DNA of 41,415 nucleotides, taken from the IMG/VR virus record IMGVR_UViG_3300046009_001609, positions 1 to 41,415 of that record; one strand, 5' to 3'. Below are positions 27,184 to 35,050 of the stretch, in pieces (the first letter of the stretch is position 1; the number at the start of each line of letters is the position of its first letter). Below the pieces are notes generated by a model. The model searched no databases. It was not told where the DNA came from and saw nothing but the letters and a program-made list of their open reading frames with translations. A program made the position numbers and the translations under genes. Source of the DNA: a virus (lineage: Duplodnaviria; Caudoviricetes).

Positions 27184-27673
27184 TGATGATTCTCCTCATT
27201 TCTGCGTACGAGTCAATGCAGGCATTGAGCTGCGCGGTGTTTCGGTCGCCTTGGGCGACTATTTCTGCGATGGCTTCGAGGGTTGCTCGCTCGGCATCAG
27301 GAGCCGGGTCAGGCGCTCTGTCAGGTTCGCTTCGCGCTTGGTTGCTATCTCCAGTGGGAGCGGGGGCACTTGGGCTGGCTTGTGGACAACTGGGGGCGGG
27401 GAGGCGCACCCGGCCAGCACGAATAGCAGCACTAAGATCATTTTGCTTTTTGTTGATGACATCGTTTGCCTTTCGTAGTTCCACTTCCTTGTCAGCCACG
27501 GCCTTGGCCATCTCCTGCTCCTTGGCGCGGGCTTCCTCGTTCTTGCGAGCGATCTCAAGCTGCATCTCTGCATTCCGGTCACCCCAGCCACGGCCATAGC
27601 CCCACTTGTAAATCCCGAACACCACCAGTAGAGCTACAAACACTGCCAGTGCTGTCCGTTGGATTGACGTCAT
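27170..27673 (-). CDS. Rz: Inner-membrane spanin (Rz-like)
   Basis: N-terminal TM helix, periplasmic coiled coil, GRVRL motif, Pro-rich hinge, C-terminal helix LNACIDSY. Confidence 0.85.
   Translation of the reverse strand: MTSIQRTALAVFVALLVVFGIYKWGYGRGWGDRNAEMQLEIARKNEEARAKEQEMAKAVADKEVELRKANDVINKKQNDLSAAIRAGRVRLPAPSCPQASPSAPAPTGDSNQARSEPDRAPDPAPDAERATLEAIAEIVAQGDRNTAQLNACIDSYAEMRRIINGNP
27259..27462 (-). CDS. Rz1: Outer-membrane spanin lipoprotein (Rz1-like), fully embedded in Rz
   Basis: Alternate frame reads MSSTKSKMILVLLFVLAG-CASPPPVVHKPAQVPPLP..; LAGC lipobox and Pro-rich mature part. Start is 27462 or 27441. Confidence 0.82.
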   Translation of the reverse strand: MSSTKSKMILVLLFVLAGCASPPPVVHKPAQVPPLPLEIATKREANLTERLTRLLMPSEQPSKPSQK

Positions 27674-28173
27674 GTTGACTCCTTGCGGGCGAGGGCTATC
27701 TCAGCGCGGTCGTCGTCAGGCTCTTGGTGGTCAGGGGGCGTTGTAGGTGGTGGGCCGGGAGTCCAGCTCTCATCCAGCTCAGGGTTTTTGAAGCCCATCC
27801 AGTTGAAGTTCGGCATCACAGACGCAACGGGCGCTGGAGGTGTGGGGCTGGGCGGCGTAGGCACAGGCGTGGGCGCTGCCGGAGGTGTGTTTCCTGTGAT
27901 GCTGTTGACTGCGTTGCCCACAGCACGCTTACCAACGATGCCACCAATACCACCTACTATCAGCAACACGATGTCGTTGAGCATCTTGGTGTAGGCTTGG
28001 TCGATGGGAGCCATCGACTTGATGGGCTGCGTGACAAACGTCACCGAATAGAGCAGCGCGAACACAATGAACGTCAGGATCAATGTAATCATGACGACTA
28101 CAAATCCCCAAACGCGAACCTCAATCTGTTCAGCGGACAGGTGTCGGTGATTCCGCAGGTTTAGTTTGCTCAA
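27670..28173 (-). CDS. Two-TM membrane protein with Pro-rich C-terminal tail (holin candidate or unknown)
   Basis: Probable TTG start at 28173 with GGAG upstream; TM1 VWGFVVVMITLILTFIVFALLYSV, TM2 IVLLIVGGIGGIVG; ATGA-coupled to Rz. Confidence 0.75.
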   Translation of the reverse strand: MSKLNLRNHRHLSAEQIEVRVWGFVVVMITLILTFIVFALLYSVTFVTQPIKSMAPIDQAYTKMLNDIVLLIVGGIGGIVGKRAVGNAVNSITGNTPPAAPTPVPTPPSPTPPAPVASVMPNFNWMGFKNPELDESWTPGPPPTTPPDHQEPDDDRAEIALARKEST

Positions 28174-28345
28174 TTTGCTTCTCCAAGATAGGCGCGACCA
28201 TGTACTCAGGGCATGTCTGTGTGAACTGACAACGCGGCTTCTGGCACTGAACCGCATGGAAGTTATCTGGATTCTGGCAGAAATACCGGTACCGCTCTTC
28301 GCAGCCAGTTAACAGCAGCAGGGACAACAAGGCAGCGAGTTTCAT
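28130..28345 (-). CDS. Small Cys-rich lipoprotein, 71 aa
   Basis: MKLAALLSLLLLTG-C lipobox plus four further Cys; ATGA-coupled to the upstream gene. Confidence 0.82.
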   Translation of the reverse strand: MKLAALLSLLLLTGCEERYRYFCQNPDNFHAVQCQKPRCQFTQTCPEYMVAPILEKQIEQTKPAESPTPVR

Positions 28346-28824
28346 CGTTTCATCCCATACATCACGAGGTATGCGCCGAAGCCAACCAGCAAGAAGACCA
28401 GCACAACGCCGCCCACAACGATCAGAATCTCAACAAACTCTTCCTGATCTTTTTTAGCCCGCAAAGCCCTGTCACGGGCCAGCTGAGCGTCGATCTTGTC
28501 TTGCTTGTCCATCTCGGCGACGCGCACCATGATGGAGTTCCAGACGTCCATGTTGTTGGGGAAGAAGAGACCCTTGACCTGCTCCTCGAAGTCGCGCTGA
28601 GCCTTGAGGTCGAGCTCGATCTGAACGGCCTGCCCCATGTTGGAGCCGCCCTTCTTCTTGGCGACTTTCAGGGCCTTGGTGACCTCGTGCTTTTGCTCGA
28701 AGTACTTGCCCAGCAAAGGGCCAAGGCTGCGCACATCATCCGCTGTTTTGGACGCTTGTTTGATGAGGGAGACAGTCTTTTGGACAGCCGCCATTGCCGT
28801 TAAAGCAAGTGTGATCGGTTCCAT
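28342..28824 (-). CDS. Helical protein with C-terminal membrane anchor, 160 aa
   Basis: ATG at 28824 with GGAG upstream; coiled-coil body; C-terminal ILIVVGGVVLVFLLVGFGAYLV. Confidence 0.8.
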   Translation of the reverse strand: MEPITLALTAMAAVQKTVSLIKQASKTADDVRSLGPLLGKYFEQKHEVTKALKVAKKKGGSNMGQAVQIELDLKAQRDFEEQVKGLFFPNNMDVWNSIMVRVAEMDKQDKIDAQLARDRALRAKKDQEEFVEILIVVGGVVLVFLLVGFGAYLVMYGMKR

Positions 28825-28925
28825 CAAACAACTCCACGGACCAACAAAATTATTTCACGAGCGCAGAACACAACAAAAGCTACGAGACAGGCCGCTGCAA
28901 TAAAGCTAACGGCCCAGTCTTTCAT
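28824..28925 (-). CDS. 33-aa hydrophobic microprotein (absent from ORF track)
   Basis: MKDWAVSFIAAACLVAFVVFCAREIILLVRGVV; ATGA overlap upstream and TGATG overlap downstream. Confidence 0.7.
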   Translation of the reverse strand: MKDWAVSFIAAACLVAFVVFCAREIILLVRGVV

Positions 28926-29146
28926 TGCTTGTCGGCCTTGCCGTCCAGCTTGTCAAAAATCTGCTTCAAGATCGCCTTGACCTCGGCGATGTCTGAGCGG
29001 TAATCGTCTTTCGCAAGGTAGGTGTGCGGCAGATCGTTCACCTTGTCCTCCAGCTTCTGAATCGTGCGAGTCAAACTGTTGAAGACGTAGACAGCCAAGA
29101 AGCCTCCGACCGAAACTACGATGTTGAAAAGCTGTTGGTTGTCCAT
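28922..29146 (-). CDS. Single-TM plus coiled-coil protein (holin/antiholin candidate), 74 aa
   Basis: ATG at 29146 with GAGG; N-terminal hydrophobic helix then amphipathic coil; first gene of the lysis cassette. Confidence 0.72.
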   Translation of the reverse strand: MDNQQLFNIVVSVGGFLAVYVFNSLTRTIQKLEDKVNDLPHTYLAKDDYRSDIAEVKAILKQIFDKLDGKADKQ

Positions 29147-29172
29147 GTCAGACCTCGAAAAACGATGGCGCA

Positions 29173-29203
29173 ATTATATGCCACAAGGCATATTTGCGGG
29201 CAA
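29173..29203 (-). promoter_or_regulatory. Putative sigma70-type promoter with overlapping inverted repeat
   Basis: TTGCCC-19 nt-TATAAT on the - strand (spacer long); ATATGCC-N4-GGCATAT at 29176-29193 overlaps the -10. Confidence 0.5.
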
Positions 29204-29205
29204 GC

Positions 29206-29568
29206 TCAAGGCGCTGCGTCTGGGACGACAGGCTCAACTACAGGTGCCCAAGGCATAGGAGTTGTTGTCAGTACTGATTTTGCATTCTCTATGTCTAACA
29301 CGTATTGAATGTGAGCCTTCACGCTGTCTAGGCCACTAAAGTTACTCTGTACCCAAGACACTACGTCAGCCTCTGTGACTTGCTCTAGCGGTAAAAAAGA
29401 CTCCGATTGAGGGTCTGAAAGAGTAACAGTTTGTGGTAGTTCAAAGTGTATTTCAGTTTCTGGGTAGTGCCCTTTCACTGTAAATTCCACATGTTTTATC
29501 ACCTTTTGCATAGGGCCTACATCTGTAGTACGTATGCTGTTTACTTCGAGAGTAAATGTTGCTGGCAT
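29206..29568 (-). CDS. Acidic fibre-associated protein (putative chaperone), 120 aa
   Basis: ATG at 29568 with AAGGAAG; FLPLEQVTEADVVSWV..PW motif of small proteins that follow fibre/adhesin genes. Confidence 0.7.
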   Translation of the reverse strand: MPATFTLEVNSIRTTDVGPMQKVIKHVEFTVKGHYPETEIHFELPQTVTLSDPQSESFLPLEQVTEADVVSWVQSNFSGLDSVKAHIQYVLDIENAKSVLTTTPMPWAPVVEPVVPDAAP

Positions 29569-29581
29569 TTTGCTTCCTTTG

Positions 29582-31675
29582 TCAGTAAGACCTGAACACA
29601 ATTCCTCCGGCACCACCACCGGCTGCTGAACCTGCATCGACGTTAGTAGCGCCGCCGCCGCCGCCGCCGCCGCCGATTAGCCAAACTCTCATTGAAGTTG
29701 TACCAGCTGGTATAGCGTACGAAGTACCCGAGGTTAGCACAGTGGTAGTAGAGTTATTTATTCTTACTACTAAAAGACCTGCGCCGCCGTCTCCGCCTTT
29801 CATGTTAATGGCCGTATAACCTGAAGCACCGCCACCGCCACCACCGGGACCGCCATTGCCGCCATTGCCGCCGTAATACCCAGCACCTCCACCACCGGCA
29901 CCGACTGCTGTAGCTGCGACACTTGATCCATTGTTGACGTTGGCAGTGCCGGTGCTACCAGCTACACCACCGGCTGCGCCCGCGCCAAGTGTATAAGAGG
30001 CGCTTGTTAGCGCAGCACTTAGTCCATAGAAGTCCACAGCACTAGCACCGGCACCGCCAGCAGTGCTAGTTGATATAGCGTTACCGCCGTTTATAGCCCC
30101 ACCTCCAGTACCGCCTCTGTCTCCTGTAGTTGCTTGTGAAGTACCTCCAGTGGAATTTTCAATGCCTCCAGTGGCTGTTCCACCAGTAGAACTTACAGCA
30201 GTATTGTAGGCACCACCTGTGCCGCCGTTTGCTGTGTGTGTAACAGAGTTGTAAGTAAAAGTACTGGCTGTACCACTACCACCTGAGACGTTGTTTGTTC
30301 CGCCGACCCCGCCAGTTCCCAACGAGTAGGTAATAGTACCGGTTATGCTAGTGGCGGCGTATGTAAACAAGGTATTTGCTGAGTTAGTCCCTGCGGGTGT
30401 TGTTACAAGCACTGACAGTGATGAACCAGCCGCTCTTGCAGCTATAGTGGCAAAAATTTTAGTGGTACTAACTACCGTAAACGAAGTAACTGCTGTACCC
30501 CCTATGGAAACCGCAGTCGCTCCAGTAAAATCAGTTCCAGTTATTACGACCGCCGTACCACCAGATGTACTTCCTGTGCTAGGTTGAACGGCTGTAACGG
30601 TAGGTGCTACAGCGGTATACGTAAACAACGTATTTGCTGCGTTTGTACCGTAAGGCGTAGTTACAAGTACAGATAAGCCTGAACCAGATGCACGAGCTGC
30701 TGTGGTAGCTGTTATAGATGTAGAGCTAACCACAGTAAAAGATGATACTGCAGTACCTCCAATTGAAACTGCGGTTGCTCCTGTAAAGTAAGTTCCGGTG
30801 ATCGTAACGGAAGTACCGCCTGTGGCTGTACCACTGTTTGGACTAATCGACGTTACTGTAGGTGGGTTAACTTCAGTAGGGTGAATTGCAATTAACACCC
30901 CACCACCACTTGATGCTGTTGATGGCTTTGTAAAGTTAGAGGCTGGGCTTACTGCGCCAGCGGCTGGAGATGAAGTAAAGTAAGAAGATGAAGGCAATGT
31001 AGCATTTGAATCATTTATTGACGTTGCTGTAAACCCAGAAGGAGTAGAGTACGTAGTAGACTCAACAGCCATGTGAAAACATGCTAAAACACAAGAGCCG
31101 GTAAATGCTGTTACTGAGTTTAGGGTTGTTGTACTGGTTGTACCAGTTCCATAAGCAAGAGCAACGGCTGCACTGGCAACAGGTAAGGAGTTGGTGCCTC
31201 TAAATCTAAACAAGGCTGCACTGGCACCAGTGTGTGTCCTATCAAGAGGCACGGTCACAGATTCGCTTGTGGTTGTTGCTATTTTATAAATAATAGCGTT
31301 AAAAGAGTCGTCTCTTAATTCAGTCCACCCAGAAATGGCGTTTACAGACGCACGTGCGTTCATCATGTTTAGAACTAGCACTAGCATGTCGCCTACATTA
31401 CCGCTTGGAGCAGTAATGCTCCAAGAAGTGGCTGCAGATTCAGCGTATGTAGCACCTACGTAAACTACTGCACCTGTGCTTAAGCTTTTACCGTACCCGT
31501 TGCTCATGCTGACTGTGCCGCTGGCCACACCAAAGAGCGAGCGTACAACCGCATCATCTAATGCGACTTGCTGTTGGTAAGGAGATGCCCTTCCAAGCTC
31601 CCGGTTCACGCTGATGGTTGTGGTGTCGCCTGTGTTGTTGCCAAGCGAGATAACACCTGATGCTGGTAGCGTCAT
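29582..31675 (-). CDS. Putative adhesin: short N-terminal attachment domain, beta domain, two IPT/TIG domains, Gly-rich domain
   Basis: MTLPASGVISL..VNRELG..MSNGYGKS N-terminus; two copies of PTVT..P..G...GGT.V.ITGT.FTGATAVSIGG..VLVTTP.GT..FTY; poly-Gly C-terminus. Confidence 0.8.
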   Translation of the reverse strand: MTLPASGVISLGNNTGDTTTISVNRELGRASPYQQQVALDDAVVRSLFGVASGTVSMSNGYGKSLSTGAVVYVGATYAESAATSWSITAPSGNVGDMLVLVLNMMNARASVNAISGWTELRDDSFNAIIYKIATTTSESVTVPLDRTHTGASAALFRFRGTNSLPVASAAVALAYGTGTTSTTTLNSVTAFTGSCVLACFHMAVESTTYSTPSGFTATSINDSNATLPSSSYFTSSPAAGAVSPASNFTKPSTASSGGGVLIAIHPTEVNPPTVTSISPNSGTATGGTSVTITGTYFTGATAVSIGGTAVSSFTVVSSTSITATTAARASGSGLSVLVTTPYGTNAANTLFTYTAVAPTVTAVQPSTGSTSGGTAVVITGTDFTGATAVSIGGTAVTSFTVVSTTKIFATIAARAAGSSLSVLVTTPAGTNSANTLFTYAATSITGTITYSLGTGGVGGTNNVSGGSGTASTFTYNSVTHTANGGTGGAYNTAVSSTGGTATGGIENSTGGTSQATTGDRGGTGGGAINGGNAISTSTAGGAGASAVDFYGLSAALTSASYTLGAGAAGGVAGSTGTANVNNGSSVAATAVGAGGGGAGYYGGNGGNGGPGGGGGGASGYTAINMKGGDGGAGLLVVRINNSTTTVLTSGTSYAIPAGTTSMRVWLIGGGGGGGGATNVDAGSAAGGGAGGIVFRSY

Positions 31676-31676
31676 C

Positions 31677-32789
31677 TCAGTCTCCGATCAACTTCTCGAC
31701 CAGCGCTTCAAGGCGCTCGATGCGAGCACGCAGCTCGAGGTTGTCCTTGGCCAGCTCAACGACAGAAACCAGTGCAGCGTTACCGTAGGCCAGAGCCAAG
31801 GTCTTGTTGTCGTCTGCGCCTTCGCTAATTACCTCTGGCAGCAGGGCCTGCCAGTCTTGAGCGCTCGAGCCTGCCTGACGTTCACCACTGTCGACGCGGG
31901 TGTAGGTACCGCTCTTCACAGCAGCCAAGCGTTTGATGAAGTCAGCAGGCAGTGCGGCCCAGTCTTTTTTCAGGCGCTCATCTGAGAAGGCTGTGACGTT
32001 ACCATTAGCAGTAAGGTTACCTGCATCGGTCACAGAAAGCACTACCGCTGTGTATCCGCTGTTGACGATCTCCAAGTTCCCGTTGAACGAACGGATAAAC
32101 TTGTTCGGCGTGGTCGCACCGTTACCAATCAAGCGGATGTTTGCACCGTTGGTGCCTGTGTCCTGAATGGTTACGCTTGCAGAGCTGCCAGAGGTCGTGA
32201 TCGTGCCGCCGCTCAAAGGCAGCGCATAGCTGTTGTAGTTCCCCGCGTGAATCAGCAGATAGCCTGTGCCGCCGTTGTTGCGGTAGAGCAAACCCGTACT
32301 GCCATCCCAAAGGCGGTGCTTTTCTGTGCCTGCGTAATCGGCCCAAACCAAGTCACCCAGATCGTTTCCGACTGTGGCACGGATCGTCAGGTCTCCGCCG
32401 CCGAGACCGACGTTAAGATTGCCGTTAACGTTAAGATTGCCAGTCAGCGTGCCACCTGCCAATGGCAGATACCCGGTGCGAGTGTCCGTCTTGAAGTCGT
32501 CCAACATCGCCTTGGTGATGCGCAGCTCAACGATGGCGTTGACGGCGTATGCGCGAGCGGTTGTGCCCTCCTGAGCACGGGTGACGGTGAACGTGTCAGT
32601 GGCTCTGGCTGTGACCTTAACAACCTCGAGGTTGCCCGCAGAGTCCATCAGCGTGGCGTAGAAGTAATCAGCCCCAGAGATGACTGGAAACTTCGCGCCG
32701 TGGCCCGCCGTTACCGAGAAACTGGTGGCGACGTTGGTGATGGATGCAGCAAGCCGTGAGGCTGCGTTGTTCGCGTACAAGACAGGCAT
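31677..32789 (-). CDS. Tail fibre protein with C-terminal peptidase S74 chaperone, 370 aa
   Basis: YLPLAGGTLTG and LPLSGGTIT fibre motifs; GNVTAFSDERLK cleavage motif followed by a coiled coil. Confidence 0.9.
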   Translation of the reverse strand: MPVLYANNAASRLAASITNVATSFSVTAGHGAKFPVISGADYFYATLMDSAGNLEVVKVTARATDTFTVTRAQEGTTARAYAVNAIVELRITKAMLDDFKTDTRTGYLPLAGGTLTGNLNVNGNLNVGLGGGDLTIRATVGNDLGDLVWADYAGTEKHRLWDGSTGLLYRNNGGTGYLLIHAGNYNSYALPLSGGTITTSGSSASVTIQDTGTNGANIRLIGNGATTPNKFIRSFNGNLEIVNSGYTAVVLSVTDAGNLTANGNVTAFSDERLKKDWAALPADFIKRLAAVKSGTYTRVDSGERQAGSSAQDWQALLPEVISEGADDNKTLALAYGNAALVSVVELAKDNLELRARIERLEALVEKLIGD

Positions 32790-34594
32790 TATGCAACCCT
32801 CAGCATTTCAATAGTCTCAAGTGTAGCCGTTGCTTCAGCACCCTGTACAGCCACGGTGCCCATGCCTGCGTCTTCGAGCTCAGCAGCGATGTCAATATCA
32901 GCATAGTACACGTCGCCAATGCCAATATCTCCAGAAGCGACGTCAAGCCCCAAAGACAGCACTTCGACGCCTGCACCCAAGTCGCTGACAAATACGTCTG
33001 CTGAAGCACCACCATAGATGAACAACCGACTCAAACGCGCATTGACGACAACTGCCTGCGCCAGTGCGTATCCGTTGGCGTTCTTGCTGATGTACAGCGT
33101 TGTGCCAGCAGCGCTGGCCTGCGCTGCCGATACTCCGTAGAGGCCGACAGTCAGCCGAAGAGCCGCAGCCACGGTAGTTACTTCATCACCAGCGCCAGAG
33201 ATGCGCTTGTTGACGTTCATCTGCGCGGCGGCAGTGGCCTGCGCCATCACGGCGGCTGCCATACGCACTTGGACGCCCAGCAGTGCAGTCGTAGCCGCAG
33301 TGGCGTTACCTGCTACGGCCATATTCTTGGTCAGCGCAGCAGTACCGGCTGTCTGTGCAACGGCAGCTGCCGCCACAGCCATGCGCTTGGTCAGCGTTGC
33401 GGAGCCAGACGTTGTGGCTACCGTCTGGGCCTGAATGTTCAGGTTTTTCGTGATGGCTGCGGCTGCAGGTGTCACACTGAGCGTTACTGCTGCTGCGCAG
33501 GCCATGTTTTTAGACAAAGCTGCTGCGGCTGTCGTTGCGGCTGTGGCTGCTCCAGCGCCGCTGAACTTCAGGTCGAGCGACGCCATGGCCGACGTTGTGG
33601 CTGACGTACTGCCCGAGGCTGCCATCACTTTGGTCAGCGCACCAGTGGCGCTTGTCGTGGCCGACGCAGAGGCGGCGACCGCCATGCGCTTGGTCAGAGC
33701 CGCTGCGCCAGCTGTGGTGGCCCTTGCGACTGTATTGAGCGCCTGCAGTGGGTTTATCAGGCTGGCCGTCGAGATAGACAGCGCCGTAGCGTTGGCCGAG
33801 GCAGCAACAGTCTTCGTGATCGCTGAAGCAGCAGAAGTTGTAGCCACAGCGTTCCCAGCGAACGCCATGTTCTTGGTGAGCGACGACGCACCAGCCGTCA
33901 CACCGCTGGTCACCACAGTCCCGGCTAGTCGGACTGTCTTGCCCAAATTAACCGTCGCTGTAGCCGACACAGCTGCGGCAGAGGCTATCTTGTACGCGGC
34001 AGTGGGAGCTCCAGCAGCCGTGACGGCTGTCGTGACGGCGCTACTGGGTCGTTTGGTTACCCCTAGCGCTGCGGAGACCGTAGCAGCCGATGATGCTGCC
34101 GCAGACTGGCGCGAGGTTTTACTGATGGCCGCAGCAGATGTGGCCGCAACGCTGATCGCGGCGGCAAGGCTCGACGTTTTGCTTGCAGCGCCAGCTGTGG
34201 ATGCCGTAGCCGAGACAGATGCCGATGGGCGTGTGGTCTTGGATAGCGCACCAGTTGCGACTGCTGTGACAGTCCTAGCCGCAGCCAGCTTGAACCCCAG
34301 AGATACGTTGGCCGCAACAGTCGCCGTAACCGTCCGCGCAGAGGCGATCTTGTACCCGACTATGATGTTGGCTACAGTGCCGACGGACGCGCTACCGGCG
34401 ACCGCGAGGCGTTTGGTCAGTGAAGCAACGGCAACAGGGCTGACTGCACCGGTAATCGCTCCGGCCAGTCGAGGGGACTTCGATAGGGGTGCAGCCACAG
34501 TAGCTGCGACGGAGACCGCCGCAGCTAACTGTTTGAGTTCACCAGACGCTTCGTTGAGAGCGAGCTGGTTGAGTAGTGACCCATTGAGCTGCAT
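32789..34594 (-). CDS. Ala/Thr/Ser/Val-rich repeat protein, 601 aa (putative fibre scaffold)
   Basis: About 25 tandem 20-aa units, LN-repeat N-terminus, acidic C-terminus; TAATG-coupled to the fibre gene. Confidence 0.8.
   Translation of the reverse strand: MQLNGSLLNQLALNEASGELKQLAAAVSVAATVAAPLSKSPRLAGAITGAVSPVAVASLTKRLAVAGSASVGTVANIIVGYKIASARTVTATVAANVSLGFKLAAARTVTAVATGALSKTTRPSASVSATASTAGAASKTSSLAAAISVAATSAAAISKTSRQSAAASSAATVSAALGVTKRPSSAVTTAVTAAGAPTAAYKIASAAAVSATATVNLGKTVRLAGTVVTSGVTAGASSLTKNMAFAGNAVATTSAASAITKTVAASANATALSISTASLINPLQALNTVARATTAGAAALTKRMAVAASASATTSATGALTKVMAASGSTSATTSAMASLDLKFSGAGAATAATTAAAALSKNMACAAAVTLSVTPAAAAITKNLNIQAQTVATTSGSATLTKRMAVAAAAVAQTAGTAALTKNMAVAGNATAATTALLGVQVRMAAAVMAQATAAAQMNVNKRISGAGDEVTTVAAALRLTVGLYGVSAAQASAAGTTLYISKNANGYALAQAVVVNARLSRLFIYGGASADVFVSDLGAGVEVLSLGLDVASGDIGIGDVYYADIDIAAELEDAGMGTVAVQGAEATATLETIEMLRVA
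33020..34531 (-). repeat. About 25 x 20-aa degenerate coding repeat
   Basis: Units such as RMAVAASASATTSATGALTK, VMAASGSTSATTSAMASLDL and RMAVAAAAVAQTAGTAALTK; by my split, 21 units of 20 aa and 4 of 21 aa. Confidence 0.85.
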
Positions 34595-34606
34595 CCCAAG
34601 ACCACA

Positions 34607-35041
34607 TTAGGCGAACGTGATCGACAGCGAAGCAGCAGGGAATGTAACGGTGTCAGCTTGGTTGATGGTCTTGCTGATGGTCAAAGCGCCCCAGAACAAC
34701 AAGTTGCCAGCAGTAGATGCGTCGTAGATACCAAAGTGAGTCACAGTGCCCCAAGTGGCGCTTGGCGTGGCGAATGTGATCGCAGCGTTGTTGCTGGTCT
34801 GGCCACCGGTACCGCTCGAAGCTACCGTCGAGGCTGCAGCTTGCGTACCAGCCCAGTTGGCCAGAGACGACGTGACAGCGACGCGAGCGTACGAGCCACC
34901 GGTAACTTCAGTACCGCCGCCTGCGTCGGACGGAGCTGCGGTCAGCAGACCGACGTACAACGTAGTGGTGGTGGGGGCGGTTTGGCCACGGAACAGCTGG
35001 TCGATCAGCTTGTTCTCCAGAAAATCGGACATTGCGGACAT
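34607..35041 (-). CDS. Small beta-rich virion fibre subunit (cyanophage A-1(L) gp80-like, tentative), 144 aa
   Basis: SD AGGAG; LYVGLLTAAP..EVTGGSYARVAV..ITFATPSATWGTVTHFGIYDASTAGNLLFWGAL is a widespread phage structural family recognised from memory. Confidence 0.75.
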   Translation of the reverse strand: MSAMSDFLENKLIDQLFRGQTAPTTTTLYVGLLTAAPSDAGGGTEVTGGSYARVAVTSSLANWAGTQAAASTVASSGTGGQTSNNAAITFATPSATWGTVTHFGIYDASTAGNLLFWGALTISKTINQADTVTFPAASLSITFA

Positions 35042-35050
35042 GGTTGCTCC

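Noticed and set aside
20324-32789. Diversity-generating retroelement or invertase-based tip switching
   Set aside because: No reverse transcriptase, recombinase or template/variable repeat pair is visible in the window.
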